Shown here: piece by piece, positions 39,156 through 53,866 of the stretch
Position numbering within the stretch: the first letter of the stretch is position 1
Layout of the letters: the number at the start of each line of letters is the position of its first letter
From: Monocercomonoides exilis PA203
Taxonomy: Eukaryota; Protista; Preaxostyla
Direction of reading: 5' to 3'
NCBI GenBank assembly: GCA_001643675.2
Contig: LSRY02000057.1
Location: 248,001-312,000 of the forward strand
DNA length: 64,000 nucleotides
Notes under the pieces: generated by a model
What the model was told of the DNA's origin: nothing
Seen by the model: the letters and a program-made list of their open reading frames with translations, nothing else
Databases searched by the model: none
Translations under genes and position numbers: made by a program

Positions 39156-42100
39156 TTATAGAGAAGGCATTACGGAAGGTACTGGTATGCATTGGATCGG
39201 ATCAAAAGAGCCATAAGAAATATACTGAGTTGATAGAATTGGAGAAGAAGCAAACCGAGGCGGTAGTGAAGACAATGGTGAATTCTGTGGAAGCTTCACA
39301 GTAGTATAATTATTAGTATTGTTTTGAATGACAGAAGGTGCCGGAGAAACAATTGTCGATTTTGATAATGGAGCAGAGGAGAGATATGCACAAAGTTGAT
39401 TATTTAACTGCGAAGGATGTGTAACAATCACTGTAACAGAGTGTAGTAAAGGTAGTTGAACAGATAAATTAAAGGGGAAAGGAAGAGGTATAGGTTCAAA
39501 TTGAAGTGTGCTCGCTGTGTTCATAGGGATAGGTGGAATTGGAGCATTGCTCTGAGATGTCTGCGGCTGCGTAAGAGTCTTCGCGCTTGGATTGGATGAA
39601 CTTTGATTCGATGAAGCAGGAGCAGACAAGGAAGTGAATCCGACTGTTGGAAAGGCTGCTGGAGGAGAAGGCGCAAATTTCGAATCCTGAGCATTTGGTG
39701 GTGGTTGAGAGAACGTGTTTATGGTGCCATGGCTGTTAAGCCAGTCTTCCATTTTCTGTATCCATTCTTTTTCTCCTCCATCAACTTCTTTTTCCATCAT
39801 GCAGCTTGCCAAATCCACTTGCTTCAGCACTTCCCAAACATCCACACACTCTCCATTCATCAGCATCATTCTTCGTCTTCTGACTCGATCACATAATTCT
39901 TCTGCGTCTTTCTGTCTCTTTTTCGCCATTTTTTGTGTTATAAGTTCTTCTGTATTTGAACAGCTGATAATGTCTGATCGCTCTGCAATAACTGCCTTTT
40001 GTGCTTCAATATCTCCCAAGGTACTCAAAAGAAGCTCCATTGCCATTGCTGATCTGCTCAACGACGATCCAATTGAACAACCACACTTGCGAGAAGAGAG
40101 GGTTAATTCTTCATTGGATGCTTTTTCTTCTCTTTTACCAAAAAGCTCCTTCCATATTTTGATTCGTTCTTCTTCCCATTCTTCATCCCATGATCTTCCA
40201 CTCCATTTCCAGTCATCAAGTGCATTCCCATACGAAGCATCAAACACACGTCTATCTCCAAGTCCAGTTGTGTAATCTACTCCCATACCTATTGGCGGCC
40301 TCAAAGAAAACAGTGCAACTCTTCCCTGTGACTCACCTCCGTAATAGTTATGAGATGAAAATATGGTCATAATGCGACTATCATGCGAAAATGCTGATCC
40401 AAATGGAGTTGCTTCATGTCCTCTGACAATCAGATCCAGTCTGTTTGCTCTAACAAACCGTTCAGTCGCAGTTATTCCGAATGGAGGGCGCCCTTCTGTA
40501 AGTTTGTGCAAACCTCTTGGATCGCCCCACAGTGTTGCAAGTGCGAGCTCAAAGACGCGATTCCTTCTGCGCGCATTCAAAATGACTGACTCTGCTGCAA
40601 AATCTTCAGTCATTGGTGTGCCATACATTCTGTTCCAATCTAAACGTTGTGCTCTCATCTTAAAGTAATCCACCTGTTCGAATGTGATGTCAAATGGAGT
40701 AAGTGCAGAATACTCAGATAGAAGAGGCGTTGGAAGCATCGGCGTCAGTCCTCCGTGAACAATAAAGATACGCCGTGAAGAGACAAGTGCGGTAGGTGGT
40801 TGTGGGGCAGGATACTGCAGCACTTCTTCCTCGGAACTCGTTTCATCCATATTGGTTGAATTATAACTATCAGAGCTTGAATGAGAAAACGGTACAGAAA
40901 TTTGATGGAATACAAGTGATGGATTTGTTGACTTTATTTCATACAGATCTGATGATGGAAGATGCTGAAGAGAACAATGTGAAACCAAACTAAGTTCAGG
41001 ATTTTCCTCAGTACTTTGAACACAATTTGAAGTTGTGCCAGTTGAACTGTTTCTGGAAAGCGATTGAGCATTAAAGTCAATTGAAGACGAATTTTGTTCG
41101 TCAACATTTTCAACAAACATTCCATTTATTTCGTCTCTCTCGCATTCCACAACGCAAACTCCACCTTCGTTATTCACTGCAAGATGAAGAGGTGGAGAAG
41201 TCAGCGTAAAGCAGCTAGAGTGATCGCGCGGTGCTTTTGATTCGTTAAATGATTCAGAGGTAGTTAATCCACTTGTAACATTTTTTGACTGTTCAAGTGG
41301 TTCTGGTTTGTCATTTCCAGATGCTGCTTTTTTAAATAGATCGTATTTGACTTCATCATAAACACCTTTGTGGCATCTGCATAAGCAAACAGGAAGAGAT
41401 GATGTGCTTTGAGTGCTGCCTGAAGATGATGACGAGAGTGGCAATGGATGCACTGAGCATTCACCACACCAATGGCATTTGTGGCACATATTAAGAGAGA
41501 CATGATCCGATGATGATGATTTAGTAATGCTTGATTCATTTTCTGAAGGGCTTTCTTTGGATTTCTCGCTCATCTCTTTCTTTTTGAGCAGCTCTGCCAG
41601 TCTTTTTCCCTCTGGACACAGATAGTGCAGAGGAGACTCGAACATGTGCAAGGCATCGTCTGTCTTCTCAACCAATATGAATCCAGTGTTGTCTCTCACT
41701 TGTGCATATTCCATATCAATAGCTTCATGATCAGACTCAGATGTGGCAGTTCCTTTGCTATTCTGCTCTTTATCTGCAGATGTAGACGATGCAATAGAAT
41801 TAACTGAGTGAGATTTGTGTTTGCAGCATGGAAAGATCTGAGCATAGACAGATCGTTGGGTGTTTGCCAATGTTGACTGGTTCTGTTGCTGCGGTTTTGA
41901 TTGAGTTGCTATTGAATGGCTGGTTGTTTGATTCACTGAAGAAGGAACTGACAAGAGCTGAGATGTGAATGAAGAGGCGTTTCTGAAGAGGCGAAGAGAA
42001 CTTGGAGAAACTGACAGAAGTGTTGGTGTCATTCCGTTGAGTGTACAAGTCATTTCTTCATCTTTTCCTTCCTGCGAACTTCCAGTCTTATCTGTTTGTT

Positions 42101-45100
42101 TCATCAAAGCCTCTTTGCTCACTCTTTTGAACATTTCCTGATTGAACGATCCAATCTTCACTCTTTTCTCGTCTTCTCTGCTGAGATGGTGGTAATTTAA
42201 CGTAACAATCGCAGAAATAGGCAAATACTTCCACAAGTCCAGGCACAGCCAGTACAATGGATGAACAGGCTCTTCAATCCACTGTCCATCTGCCTGCCTT
42301 GTAAGTGTTGCCGGGAAGCCAGCAGCAGGAGAGTACAACTGCGCAGTCACCGGACAGGACTCAGGGAATGTGTCGACAGGCCATATTTCGTGCATCTTGT
42401 GATTGAAGCCGTCGTCAATGGAAGTGACAGATTCGTGGTTCCCTTTCAGCATATACACCATATCTGGTCGATGGAGCCTGTAGAGCAAGATCAGCAGAAA
42501 CACCTCAAATGACCACAACCCTCGATCCACGTAATCTCCCAAGAACACAACAGCTGCGGTACCTTTCGGAGCATTCAGCATTTTGTCAACAACTTTCAGG
42601 GCATTCAGAAGAGCAGTGAAATTCCCGTGTAGATCACCCACAACAAGAAGGCCCTGAACAGAAGACGAGAGGGAGATGTCTGTTGAAAAGGCATCATACG
42701 TCAGAGTTGTGGTTGGAGGCATGTCAGACAGAGAAGAAGGATACAGAGGACACTTTTTGCTGCTTGCGCTATCATTTTGTGCAGTTGAGACAGAATGTGT
42801 TTCAGAATTAACTTTTACAGAAAGATTGGCTTGACTTGGTGCAGAATAATCCTCATAAGTCGACGGGCTAGGCGGCGCAACCACGAGGCGGATGGCTCTT
42901 CCGTTTTGATCCACAAACAGACCTTCGCCCATCATCGCCTCGATGCTCCCGCTGCCTGCGCCGTCCTCAGGCCAGAAGTGCACCTCCACCTCCATCATCG
43001 CCTTATACAGATTCACTCCTCCGTTGAAGCGCGGCATCCCAAAGTGCTTCCCCGCACAGTTCAGCAGGTTCTCCACATCAACCACGAAGAACTTGCGTGC
43101 TGTCCAGAAGGCCTGCTCCAGGCAGTGCAACGTTATCTGCTCTTTGAAGGCCATCAGCTGCTCAAACGAAAGGGCAGAATATGGATGAGGTTGTCTTCGG
43201 ATTTCGGTTTTGTTCAAATTGGTTGCGTTTGCTTCTTCGCTCGTGCAATTCTCCTGTTGTGTGGCAAGTGCCTCTTCTTTCTTCTTCTCTTCCTCTGCCA
43301 TTTCCATCATTTCTTCTGCCTCTTCGAAGTTCATCAGTGCAAGCGGCACAACATCAGCAAGTGTCATTGGAGGGAAGTCGATGAATATCTCCTCTGGACG
43401 TGACGAATAGTACATTCTCTTGTCTTTTCTTGTGGTGAAGACGCTGCAGACGGGGAGTGTTGGGTCAAAGAAGGGCGAGCAGCTGTTCATCGATGTGACA
43501 AATGAAGATGATCCGAAGGGAGTTGATGAGAGCGGATGGAATAAACGGACTGCTGCTTCTTTTGAGGCTTCATTCTGTTTGCTGAGTGTGAGCGCTGTGT
43601 AATCAATGGGGGAAAAAAAGATATTGATAAATAAATAATAAATAAAATAAAATAAAATCATCAAATAAAGATAAATAAATAAAGTTCAAGAAACTGATTT
43701 TTCAAAAAAAGGAAAAATTGAATAAACCTGTTGAAGCTGAAGGCATTGCGAGCAGCTCCTGCTGATCCGACAGCATCGGTGGTGGCAGCTGAACATCGAG
43801 GCAGGATGCAAAGAAGCGTGAGTGAGCGTTGTGCCACACTGCCTGTATTCTGCACTCGCCAATCACAATCATCGCTGTTGGGAGGCAGCCGTGGTTGCAG
43901 GGCACAAGTGGAGCGTGGTGCTGAGGGTAGCGCCGGATGATACGTGGTGGCAAGCACGCCCTCTTCTCTCTGAAGGGCTTTCTCTGCAGAGAAGGAATGC
44001 AGACATCAATCAGCGTTTGGAAGCGCCGCCGCAGCTGTTCAACGTCTGCCTGTGTCATGAAGCGGCGGGTGGGTGTCATTGAAGAGCGGATAGAGACACT
44101 TGAGGCAGAGGTGTTGTGCGATGGGTAGAAGGAAGAGGAATATGGATGTGTGTTGGAGAATGGAGGTGGTTGTGAGGCTCCGATGCTTTGCTCAGATGAC
44201 ATTGTTGAAGAGCGGGTGTTGGTGGGGACTGTAGATAATGAAGAAGAAGATGATGATGATGAGCTGGTGTTAGTTCTGGATGATGCTGAATAGCTGTGCA
44301 ACTTTAACTTATTCGTCTGTCTGTAAAGCGTGTCATTTGCTCCTTTGTGGTTGAGCTCCAATTCAGAAGCACTGAAAGAAGCACCTTCTCTGCTCTTGCA
44401 GTTGTATGTGGGGGCATCAAAATCGTGTGTCTTCTTCGGATTGAGCATATCCACATACAACTTCGTCTGGTCTCTGCTTCGCTCCTTCGCCGGCCACAGC
44501 AGCCGCAGCGTGGCCTGGAAATCGTCCCATCTGTCTTCGTATTTTTCGATCCAGTTGTAAAGAGACAGCTTCTGCCCAAGTGAAGTTAGGAACCAGCGGT
44601 GCACCCTCACTTTGCGAAGAAGCTGTCTCTTGATGTTCTTGTTCATTCCTTTGTGATGTCTCTTGTGATGACAATTGTGATGATGGTGATCGTTATGATG
44701 ATGATGATGATGATGATGCATACGGCTGGGTATTTGTGATGTGCCTGTTTTGTTCAGAACAGAACTCGATTTCTGCCTCTTTGACTCAGAAAGAGAGGAG
44801 CTGCGGGTGGATTTGGCACTGTCTGCTATTGAAGTGGAACGTGCTTGGTTGCTTGGTGAAACAGATGAATGACGAGAAACTGAAGAGATGAATGAAGAAG
44901 ATGAAGAAGAGGAGGAGGAAGAGGAGGAAGAGGGCGAAGAAGAAGACAAAGGAACAATCGGAACAGCTGTGGAAGTGGAGAATGAGCCATAGTCAGTTCT
45001 GCTGGAAGGAGATTTTGGAGTGAGGAAGTGAGATGAGATGATCTGCATTTGAGGAGAATGAACAGTTGGAGTGGAGGGGGATACGATGGTTGTTGTCATT

Positions 45101-48100
45101 GGGGCTAAATGGATGGAAGACGGAGAGGCACGACGAGGTGGGGGTGTGGTGGCTTTGATGGGATAAGAAGAAGATGATGATGATGATGAAGAGGAAGAGG
45201 AAGATGAAAGAGAAGAAATAGAAGAAGCAGACATTTGTGCATTTGGTGTGGGTGTTGTGGTTAAAGAGGCATTTGCCAATGGAACAGGAGACAAAGATGA
45301 GCGGCGAGGGACAGCACTTTCTCCTTCTTGTTCTTTCGATTCTTTGTTTCCTTCCCCTTCTCCTTTTTCTCCTTCTCCTTCTTTTCCTTCTCCTTCTCCT
45401 TCTTTATTCTCAATGGTTTCTGCTTTGATCTTCAGAGATTCACTTGGTGTGCCTGTGAGTGCATTCACAACAGCTGCTGCTTTCTTCGCAGATGTTGAAA
45501 TGGCTGACAGAAATCCTTTCATTCGGAACTTAGGTCCAACACTAGGAACAGTAGAAGAAGAGGAAGAGGAAGAGGAAGAAGAAGAAGAAGAAGGTGCGGT
45601 TGTTGATGATGGTTGAGATGATGATGTTGTTGTTGTTGTGCTGTCTTTCTTCAAAAGTTCTGCTCCTCCGCTTTTTTGTGTGCTTTTGAGAGATGCCAAC
45701 ATGAGTGACGAGGGAAGCAATCCTTCCTTCAGCTTCAGTTTGGCTGTGCCTTGTGGAGAAACTGCAGAATTCTCAACAGAAGAAGAAGAAATTGAAGAAG
45801 AAGAAGATGATGATGATGAATCTTGTTCATTCCCTGTCTGTTTCGTGAGTGCAGCAGCGAGTGATGGCTGAGCAGTTGAAGGTGTTTGCTGAGGAGGAGC
45901 AGCTGTTGACTCGATCGTCATTGGATCAGACACCCCCAGCAGCATCAGAATCTTCCTCTGCTTCTCTTCCGCCACTTTCTTCGCAATCATCTGCACTTTC
46001 TGTCTTCTCCTTCTCTTCAAAATCGCCTTCTTCAGCGGCAGACGCTCGCACAGCCTGTAAATTCTCTGCTTCACTCGCTCTGCCTCTGCTGCTGCTTGCG
46101 GGAGTCCGAATTCGCTCATTGGATCTCCATCATATGGAGTCATTGCATCAGCCACAGACGCAGATGAGAATGGAAGAGAGGAACGAGTGGTGAGAGAGAG
46201 GAGAACGCTGTTTGTGGTGGACGTGGTGGCAGAGGCGGATGTTGTGATGGATGGAGAGGAGATGGTGGATGCTGAGACAATAGATGAAGAGGAAGAAGAA
46301 GTTGTTGTTGTTGAAGATGAAGAAGAAGATGATGATGATGGCAAAGGAACATTCAATGCAGAGTTCATACGTGATGTGGAAGGGATGGTTGAAAGAGGCT
46401 CAGGAATCGCCAGTGACATGTGGGTGAATGAAGAAGAGGCGCCTTCCATGTGCAGATGAGAGGCAGAAGAGAGAGAAGAACAAGAAGAAGAGCCACTCTC
46501 AGAATTGGTGTCTGTGTCTGAATCAGAAGAAGAGCTGTCATCAGAAGAGGAGGAAGAAGAGGAAGATGATGTGGAGCTGGTATCGTCAAACAAACATTGT
46601 TCACAGCATTTGTGTTCATCTGTCTCTTTGTTTCCTTTTGATCCTCCATTGCTTTGTCTATTGCCACTTCCATTTCTCGCTTCCTTCTCTTTCCTCTTTC
46701 TCTCTCTCCTCCTTCTCTCTCTTCGTCTCTCTGTCCCATCATCCACATCCACAATGTTTCCTTCTTCGTCTTGCACCAAATCAACAATTCTTCCTTTCTC
46801 GTTCATCACCCTCTCTTCACACCAGCCCCAGCCGTATCTGTTCAGCTTGCTCGGCTCCTTCAGCTTCCGCTTTATTATCTTCTTTGGATCGTTCTTTTCG
46901 CTTTCTTTCTTCTCCCTTTCTCTTTCTCCTTCCTCTTCACCTTCAACATCTTCCCTTCCTTCTCTATTTTCTTCTCCTTCTCCATTCAACGCCTCATCCT
47001 CGCTCTCATCTTCACTCTCCATCCCATCCTCAAAGCACCTGTCCATCAGCTTCGACGCCTCTTTGTCTATCATATCGACACAATTCAGGTCATTCTCGTT
47101 CAAATCAATCGGCAAAAGCGAGTCAAAACTGTACGCAATCTGAAGAGTCGCATTCTGCAGCAGCTCCCTCTTCAAATCCACTCCTCTCTCATTCGCTATC
47201 TTCTGCTTCAGTTTGTTTGCAGTTGCTCTTGTGAGTGATCCACTCCCACTCAGCCCCATCCCACTCAGCCCAGCAGCTGAATTCACCATCGCAAAGCCAT
47301 CTACATCTTCTCTGTCTCCGCCCACAAGCACAACCGACCCTTCATCGCCATTCATGCGCCTCTTCATCTCGTTCTTCCACTCCCTCAGCTTCGGATACAC
47401 CTCGTCCCACATCTTCTTCCACAGCTGCTGCGAACGAAATGGGCCAGTTTCTCCGATGTGCCTGCGGAAGAGCAAGAATTTCTCCAGTCCAGTGAGTGCA
47501 AAGTGGAGGATGGAGGTTGGCATGAGCAAAGCATCGCGGGAGAGGAGGATAGGGTCGAGGGTGAGCGCTGGCTGGCCCATCGGAAGCATTTTGCTGGGCC
47601 TTCGAGAGGACTGAGTGACGTGTGTGACGATGGTTGTGTGGGAGGAGGTGCGGGGGATGGGGAGATAGGGCAATTGAGAGGAAAGAGAAGAGGAGGTGGT
47701 GGAAGAGTTGGAGGAGGATGTTGAGGTGCGAGGTGGCATTTCTTGTGTTGAGTGGCGGGCAGACAAGAATCCATCGTATTGTTCTGAATGATATGCCTTT
47801 TGTGTCAGGACTTCAACCACAGCCAGCCCTTCCTTCACGTCCCTCTCAACCGCCTCTGCCTCAGCCTCTGCCCCTTCCTCCCCATTCACACTGCCATTTC
47901 CATTGATCGCATCAGCACTCCCAACAGACACCATTCCACCTGTAGATGCAATCAGCACACGAAGCGCCTCTTGGTCTTCGGGTGTCATTGCTTTCCTCTG
48001 TTCCTCTCTCTTCCTCAGCAGAGCAGCCAGGCTGTGTCCAAAGGAGTTTGCCATTCTCAGCCTCTCAGTCACCATCATGCCCTGGTTGATGGCCTGCTGC

Positions 48101-51100
48101 GCAGCAGATGAAAGAGCAATGTCACTCCACGTCAGTTCTCCATTCTTCTCTCTTTCTCTCTCTTTCTCTCTCTGCTGTGCTTGGAATCTCTCTCTGCGTG
48201 ACTGCGTTGTCAGGATGTTCCCAAACAGCCCACCTGCCTGTGTTGTGGTGGAGCGTGCCAGAGAAAAGGCATCTGACTGATAGGACATGCCTGAAGAGAC
48301 AGAGGTGAGTGATTGCATAGAGCTGTTGCGTGACATGATTGAGGTGTGTGATTGAGGAGATTGGGGTGAAAGAGGTGGGCGTTGGGGGGTGTGGGGGCGT
48401 TGTTGAGATGCTGGTGAAGAAGAAGAAGAAGAAGAAGGTGAAGATGTGGATGTTGATTCCTTAGCAATACGAGTGGGTGTCTGTGGAGAAAAGACAGACG
48501 GATGAGCAGCAGGGCCAAGCTGGTTGAACGAGATGGAAGGAAGCTTCGAGGGTGATCTGTTGAATGGCTGCATTTTGTATGAAGATCCTTCACTTTCACT
48601 GCCTCCACTTCCAGCTGAAGCAGATTTCTTTTCCTCTTCTCCTGTTTTCTCTCCTTCTCTTCCCTCATTCTTCAGCAAGTGATTGACTCTTGGTGACTCT
48701 AATGAATCGTCTTGGTTGCTTTCAAGCGGAGGCAGAACAGAAGAGCTCTGACTGCTGACGATGGGCGTGTCGTGTGAGGGCACAGGGAAAGGGGCAGGGC
48801 CAGCAGACTGACTGCGACGAGAGGAAGAGACAGGAGGGAAGACAGAGGGAGGAGAAGAGCCAGTAATTGAGGAAGACATGGAAGCATTCATCGAGGCAGA
48901 TAAAGAGAGAGAGGAAGAAAGAGAGGAAGAGCTGTTGTGTGTGTCAGAAGTGTCTTGGAGAGAAGGAGGAGGAGGATGAGGAGCAACAGAAGTGGATGAA
49001 GAATGATGTCTTTCGGGTGTCTTTGGTGTTTTTGGTGAGCTGACAGAGGCAGAAGACTTCACAGCAGAAAAGGGAGATGCGAAGGCGCTGCTGGAGGAGA
49101 CAGTGATGGATGAGTTGTGAGTGTCTGGTTGTTTTGTAGGAGAAGAAGATGGAGATGATGAAGATTGGGTGGAGTGTTGAGAAGCGAAAGGAAGAGGTGC
49201 AGGAGAAGTGTCTTCACGAGGATGAGAGAGAGATGAAGAAGAAGAAAAGGCAGAAGAAGAAGATGATGATGACGATGATGATGAGGTAGAAGCAAGGTTG
49301 TGCATTGGAGGAAGGGAAGAAGCAGAAGGCGGAGGAGACGAAGTGAATGAAGGTGAAGAAGGGGCAGGAGAGAGAGAGCGAGTGGAGTAGAGAAGAGAAG
49401 GAGGAGGCGGAGGAGGAGAAGTCGAATGGCCGTATGGAGAACTGGGAGCAGAGCGGGGGATGCTGGTGGAGACAAGAGGAGGAGTGAAGGAAGAGCTTGG
49501 TGGGTGAGAAGAGGAAGAGGAGGAGGAGGAAGAAGAAGAAGAAGAGATGATGGCTTGTGGAGGAGGAGTGATGGAGGTGATTGGACGAGGCGGGGCTTTG
49601 GGTTTGGGGGGTGGGCCTTTGAGCTTGTTGGATGAGGACGATGGTGGTTGGGCTGATGAATGTGGAATATGGAAAAATAAATTAATATTTTATAAAATAA
49701 GAAGGAAAGAAGGAAACAATAGAAAAGAAAGATCAATAAAAAATAATTTAATAATTTAATAATTTAATAATAATAATAATAATAAAATCACACAATCAGA
49801 AGCTCCAATCTTATCTGAAGGGATGCCAGGAGAGATGGATCCAACAAATGGCTCATCCACATGTTGATACGACGAAAAACTGCATGTTTCATCATCACCT
49901 GCACTGCCTTCTTTCGATTCTTCTTGTTTCTTTCCTCTTTCAGCTGCAGCTTCGCTTCTTTTTTTGTCTTCTTTCTCTTTGTTTGTCTGTTTAGTGTCTT
50001 CATTCTTTCCTTTCTCTCCGTCTTGCCTATCCACTCCAGCTGCAGCCTTCTTCCCTTTCCTCTCCTTCCCTGTTCTGTTCCCCTCTTTCTCCTCTCTCCT
50101 CTTCCTCCCGTCTCTTCTCTCTGTCTTATCCACCCTTTCCCCCCTCGCCTCCTTCACCCCTCTCTCCAGTGTCGCTATCCACGCCTTGAAGCACGTCAGA
50201 AACCTCTTCACTGCCCTCTCCCTCTCTCCTGTGTGTGCCACACTCGTATGGATCGATGACTGGGGCAGTCTCTTCAGCCGCATCGCCACACGAGACAGGC
50301 GAAGATAGCGTGCCAGCTCTTCCTTTCTCAAATACGTCAGCCCATGATGATACAGCATGTAGTCTCCAACATTCCCTTCTTTCTCTTTCTCTCCGTTTTT
50401 GTCCTGATCCATCCCTTCCCCTTCGCCTTCTCCTCGTTTGTCGTCTTTTGTCCGCTCAAGCGACGCCATCATGTCTTTCCCTGTCACTTTTCGTGTCCTC
50501 TTCAGCGTTCCTGACCCTCCTCCCCCGTCTCTTCTCTTCAGCGTGCCTGATTTTTTCCCTTCTTCTCCGCTTTTCTCTTTTCCTTCTCCTTTCTCCCCTT
50601 TCTCCCCCTTTTCCCCCTTTTCTCCAAGTGACATCTGCGCCATGATCGCCTTCCTCCTCAGCGTTGCCTCTTTCTCCTTCAATCTCTTCGCCTTCTTCTC
50701 ATTCATCACCACCTCTCCATGCGGCACCAGCATATCCCCCACCGTCATTGTGTACGGCCTCAGCCCAAAGTACTTCTCCCTCTCCTTCATCACCTGCCTC
50801 ACCACCCGTGGCTCCACACACACCCCCATCTCCTGGTGCTCTATCATCCGCGTCACTGCAAACGACGTCTGAGGCAGCGCTGCTGCGATTTCATCCAAAA
50901 GATCAGCAAGAGGCGTGTCGAGACGTGTCACAAACTGAAGCAGCGTACGGCGCCCGAACGTGAGGGAGACAGCGATGTGGGAGAAGAGGGGAGGAGAAGA
51001 GAGAGGAGAATTAGAGGCAGAGAGGAATGCTGATGAGGTGATTTGTGAGGGAAGGGAGACAACTGTTGGAGAATCTCTTTGAAGAAGAGAAGAAGATGAC

Positions 51101-53548
51101 GTGCGATTGACTGCAGTGTCTGTGTGTTCGTCTTCTGTTTTGGGTGATTTGGCAGTTGTTGATGATGAAGAAGCAGAGGGAGAAGAAGGAGAAGGAGAAG
51201 AAACAGAAGAAGAAACAGAAGAAGAAACAGAAGAAACAGCAGAGGTTGCATTCTGCACAGTGACAGGCGGAGGAACAATTCCTCTCTCGATGTTGATGAG
51301 CGGGTAGAGATGGAGTCTGCCAGGCACCACAAACAGCATCACAGGCATCCACAGCACGTGGTTGCCGACTTCTTCTGGCGGAATGTTGCTCATCCGGCTG
51401 TCGTGGGCGAGCTGTGCAGAGGTTGAAGTGGATGTGACTTGAGGCGCTTTGGCTGCTCGGTTGGCAGACGAGTTGGGCATCCGCTGTGTGTTGTGGGTGA
51501 GCACAGACACTTCAGACAGGGCAAGGGAGATGGCTGAGGTGCTGCGCTGGATGTTGGTCTGGGGAGAGGAAGGAGCTGCGCCAGAGAGAGAAGAAGAGGA
51601 AGAAGAAGAAGAGGATGATGACGAAGGTGATGCTGCTTCAAACAGAGCAGAAGAGGATGGGGCAAATGCTGACTCGACAGTCTGCAGTGTGCTCATTCCA
51701 TCGTTCAGCATTCCCTCTGGACTGACTCCATTGTCTGTCTCTCCTCCAGCAGAAGGCATAGAAAAATCATACGCAGCAGGCGAAGCAGAAGCACTGGCAT
51801 TTTGGCTGGCCAGCTTTCTTCTTCGCGACTCGTCCATCAGCTTTGTGAGCCTCCTTCTGTTGATCTTCTCAATCGACGGGACAACATCCACGCTCTGGAA
51901 GTCCACAGACATGTACTCATTCCTCAGCGATGACGGGGCCAGACGCGAATACAGCTGCACACACCGCTCGTCTCCCGAACACGGCTTCAGATGCGATAGC
52001 TCCTCCACCATCTGCCCGCCACCCACAAACAGCGAGCCCTTCATGCCTCCTTCGTCTCCCTCTTCTCCATCCATCATCCGTGTGTCCTCCCTCATTTCTC
52101 CACCCCGCCCTTCTCTGCTCCTTCCCATGCTTCGCATGCGCCCTGCACGCCTTCGAGAGTCCTCTCTGCTGCGCAGGTCGCCTGCTTCCTCGTCAATCAC
52201 ATCGTAAAACTGCGCTGCAGATGAAGGCGGTGGACGTGTGGTGAGGAAAGACGAAGGTTGGCTGGAGGGATTCATTTCTGAGTCTTCCTCAATCCCATCT
52301 TGCTCACCTTCACCATTTCTATTGCCTCTCAGTGCTTTTTCTTTCTCTTTCTGTTTCGCCAGCTCTTTCAAAGGGTCCAAAGGCATTGGTGTTGAGGAGT
52401 TCAGAAGTGGTAGTGAAAGCTGACAGTGTTGTGATGAAAGCGGAGAGAAGAGAGGAAACAGATCAGTCCCAACAGCATTCTGAACACGTACAATTCCATC
52501 AGAATTCTCTTGCAATATGTCGCCTCCACTGGCACAAGCATTTGCATCTGCTGCGTTCAAGTTTGGAAAGCGAAGTTTTTCCTTCGGTCGCAAAATTGGG
52601 AAGGTAAATACCTTGAAGTCATCTGAAAGAAGCGAAGCTGTATTTTTATGAAACCCAACATTTATTTCATTTTCTTCTGTCAATATCTGCCTGTGTGCGG
52701 TTATGTCTAAATCTTCTGAAGAAGAAGAAATACGTTGAATTGTGCATCCGTCCTCTCCATCTCCAAAGTCAGTGAGATTTGGTTCTTCAACCCTTGGAAG
52801 ATAAGCAAGAAGTTGCGAAGGTTCAACAGGGCATGGAGGAAGCGGTGTGGAGCTGGAGCATGAATTGTTTTGTGCTTGAGATTTTGGATGAAGAGGAGCA
52901 AGTGCTGGGAACACAGGAAGTTTAGGCGCCGCGGTGACAGATACAGGTATTGGAGTGTCTGTATGCCTGCGCCACCATCTACGACACTGCGAGCTCATGC
53001 GAATATGGTCTAAAACACGATCGCGAAATTGTTTCACTGATTCATTTCGGTAAATTCGAAAAAAACTCCTGTAAAACGCATTTGGCAGCACAGTAGGATA
53101 ACCGCGTTGTGGTTGCACTGGTGGGCAAACTATTCTCGCTCCCTCAAATCTTTGATTAAAAAAACTATCACAAATTGGAACAGTTGTTGAACGTTCAACG
53201 ATACGATGGATTTCTGTCCATTGATGAGATGTGTTTGAATAATCCGACTGCGTCAAAAAGACGTCTGGCTCATCAAACGCAAACAAAACATAAAATCCTG
53301 GTATTGTTGGATAAACAGGCCATGAAGCTTGGTCTGCTATTAAATCATTGGACGAAGATGATGTCTAAAATGATTATTGATCAACATAAACTTATAAAAT
53401 CATAAAATAAACATTTAAAACAATAAACCTGTGAATCTGTAATCACTACTTGTTGCAAGGGGATGCTTTCGGTTGGCCGTGAAGTGAGATCTCCTTCCCC
53501 AATCATTTTTTGATCGTTCAATGATAAGTTATGGTTGCGGCCGATCAT
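39156..53548 (-). CDS. Giant (~4,684 aa) Ser-rich protein with a C-terminal PPP-family Ser/Thr phosphatase domain; exons 53548-53429, 53364-49794, 49652-43728, 43594-39156
   Basis: PPP motifs GDLHG, GDYVDRG, LKGNHE, HGG, LWGDP, RGHE and FSSHNY. Three AT-rich GT-AG introns with compatible phases (0, 1, 1) join the large ORFs into one 14,055-nt frame. Confidence 0.8.
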
Positions 53549-53866
53549 TTACAAATTGAATATCAAAATAATCAGTTATCTTCATCAAACTCTTCCACTC
53601 AATTATTTGTTACCCTTCAATCATATTTTTCTTTAGTCAACATGATTTTTGGAAACTCTATGAATAGCAATTCTTAAAATGAAAACTACATATTTTTTTA
53701 ATTACAGTGGAAAGAATGATCCACCTCAAGGGAAAACCATTTAAAACAACTTTTTTAAAAAATAATTTCCCATCAAACTTTGTGAATACTAAATTAGATA
53801 AACAAAACTATTTGCTTTACCCAAATTTCAAAGAAAATCTAAAAATTGATATTTAAAAACAATCAC

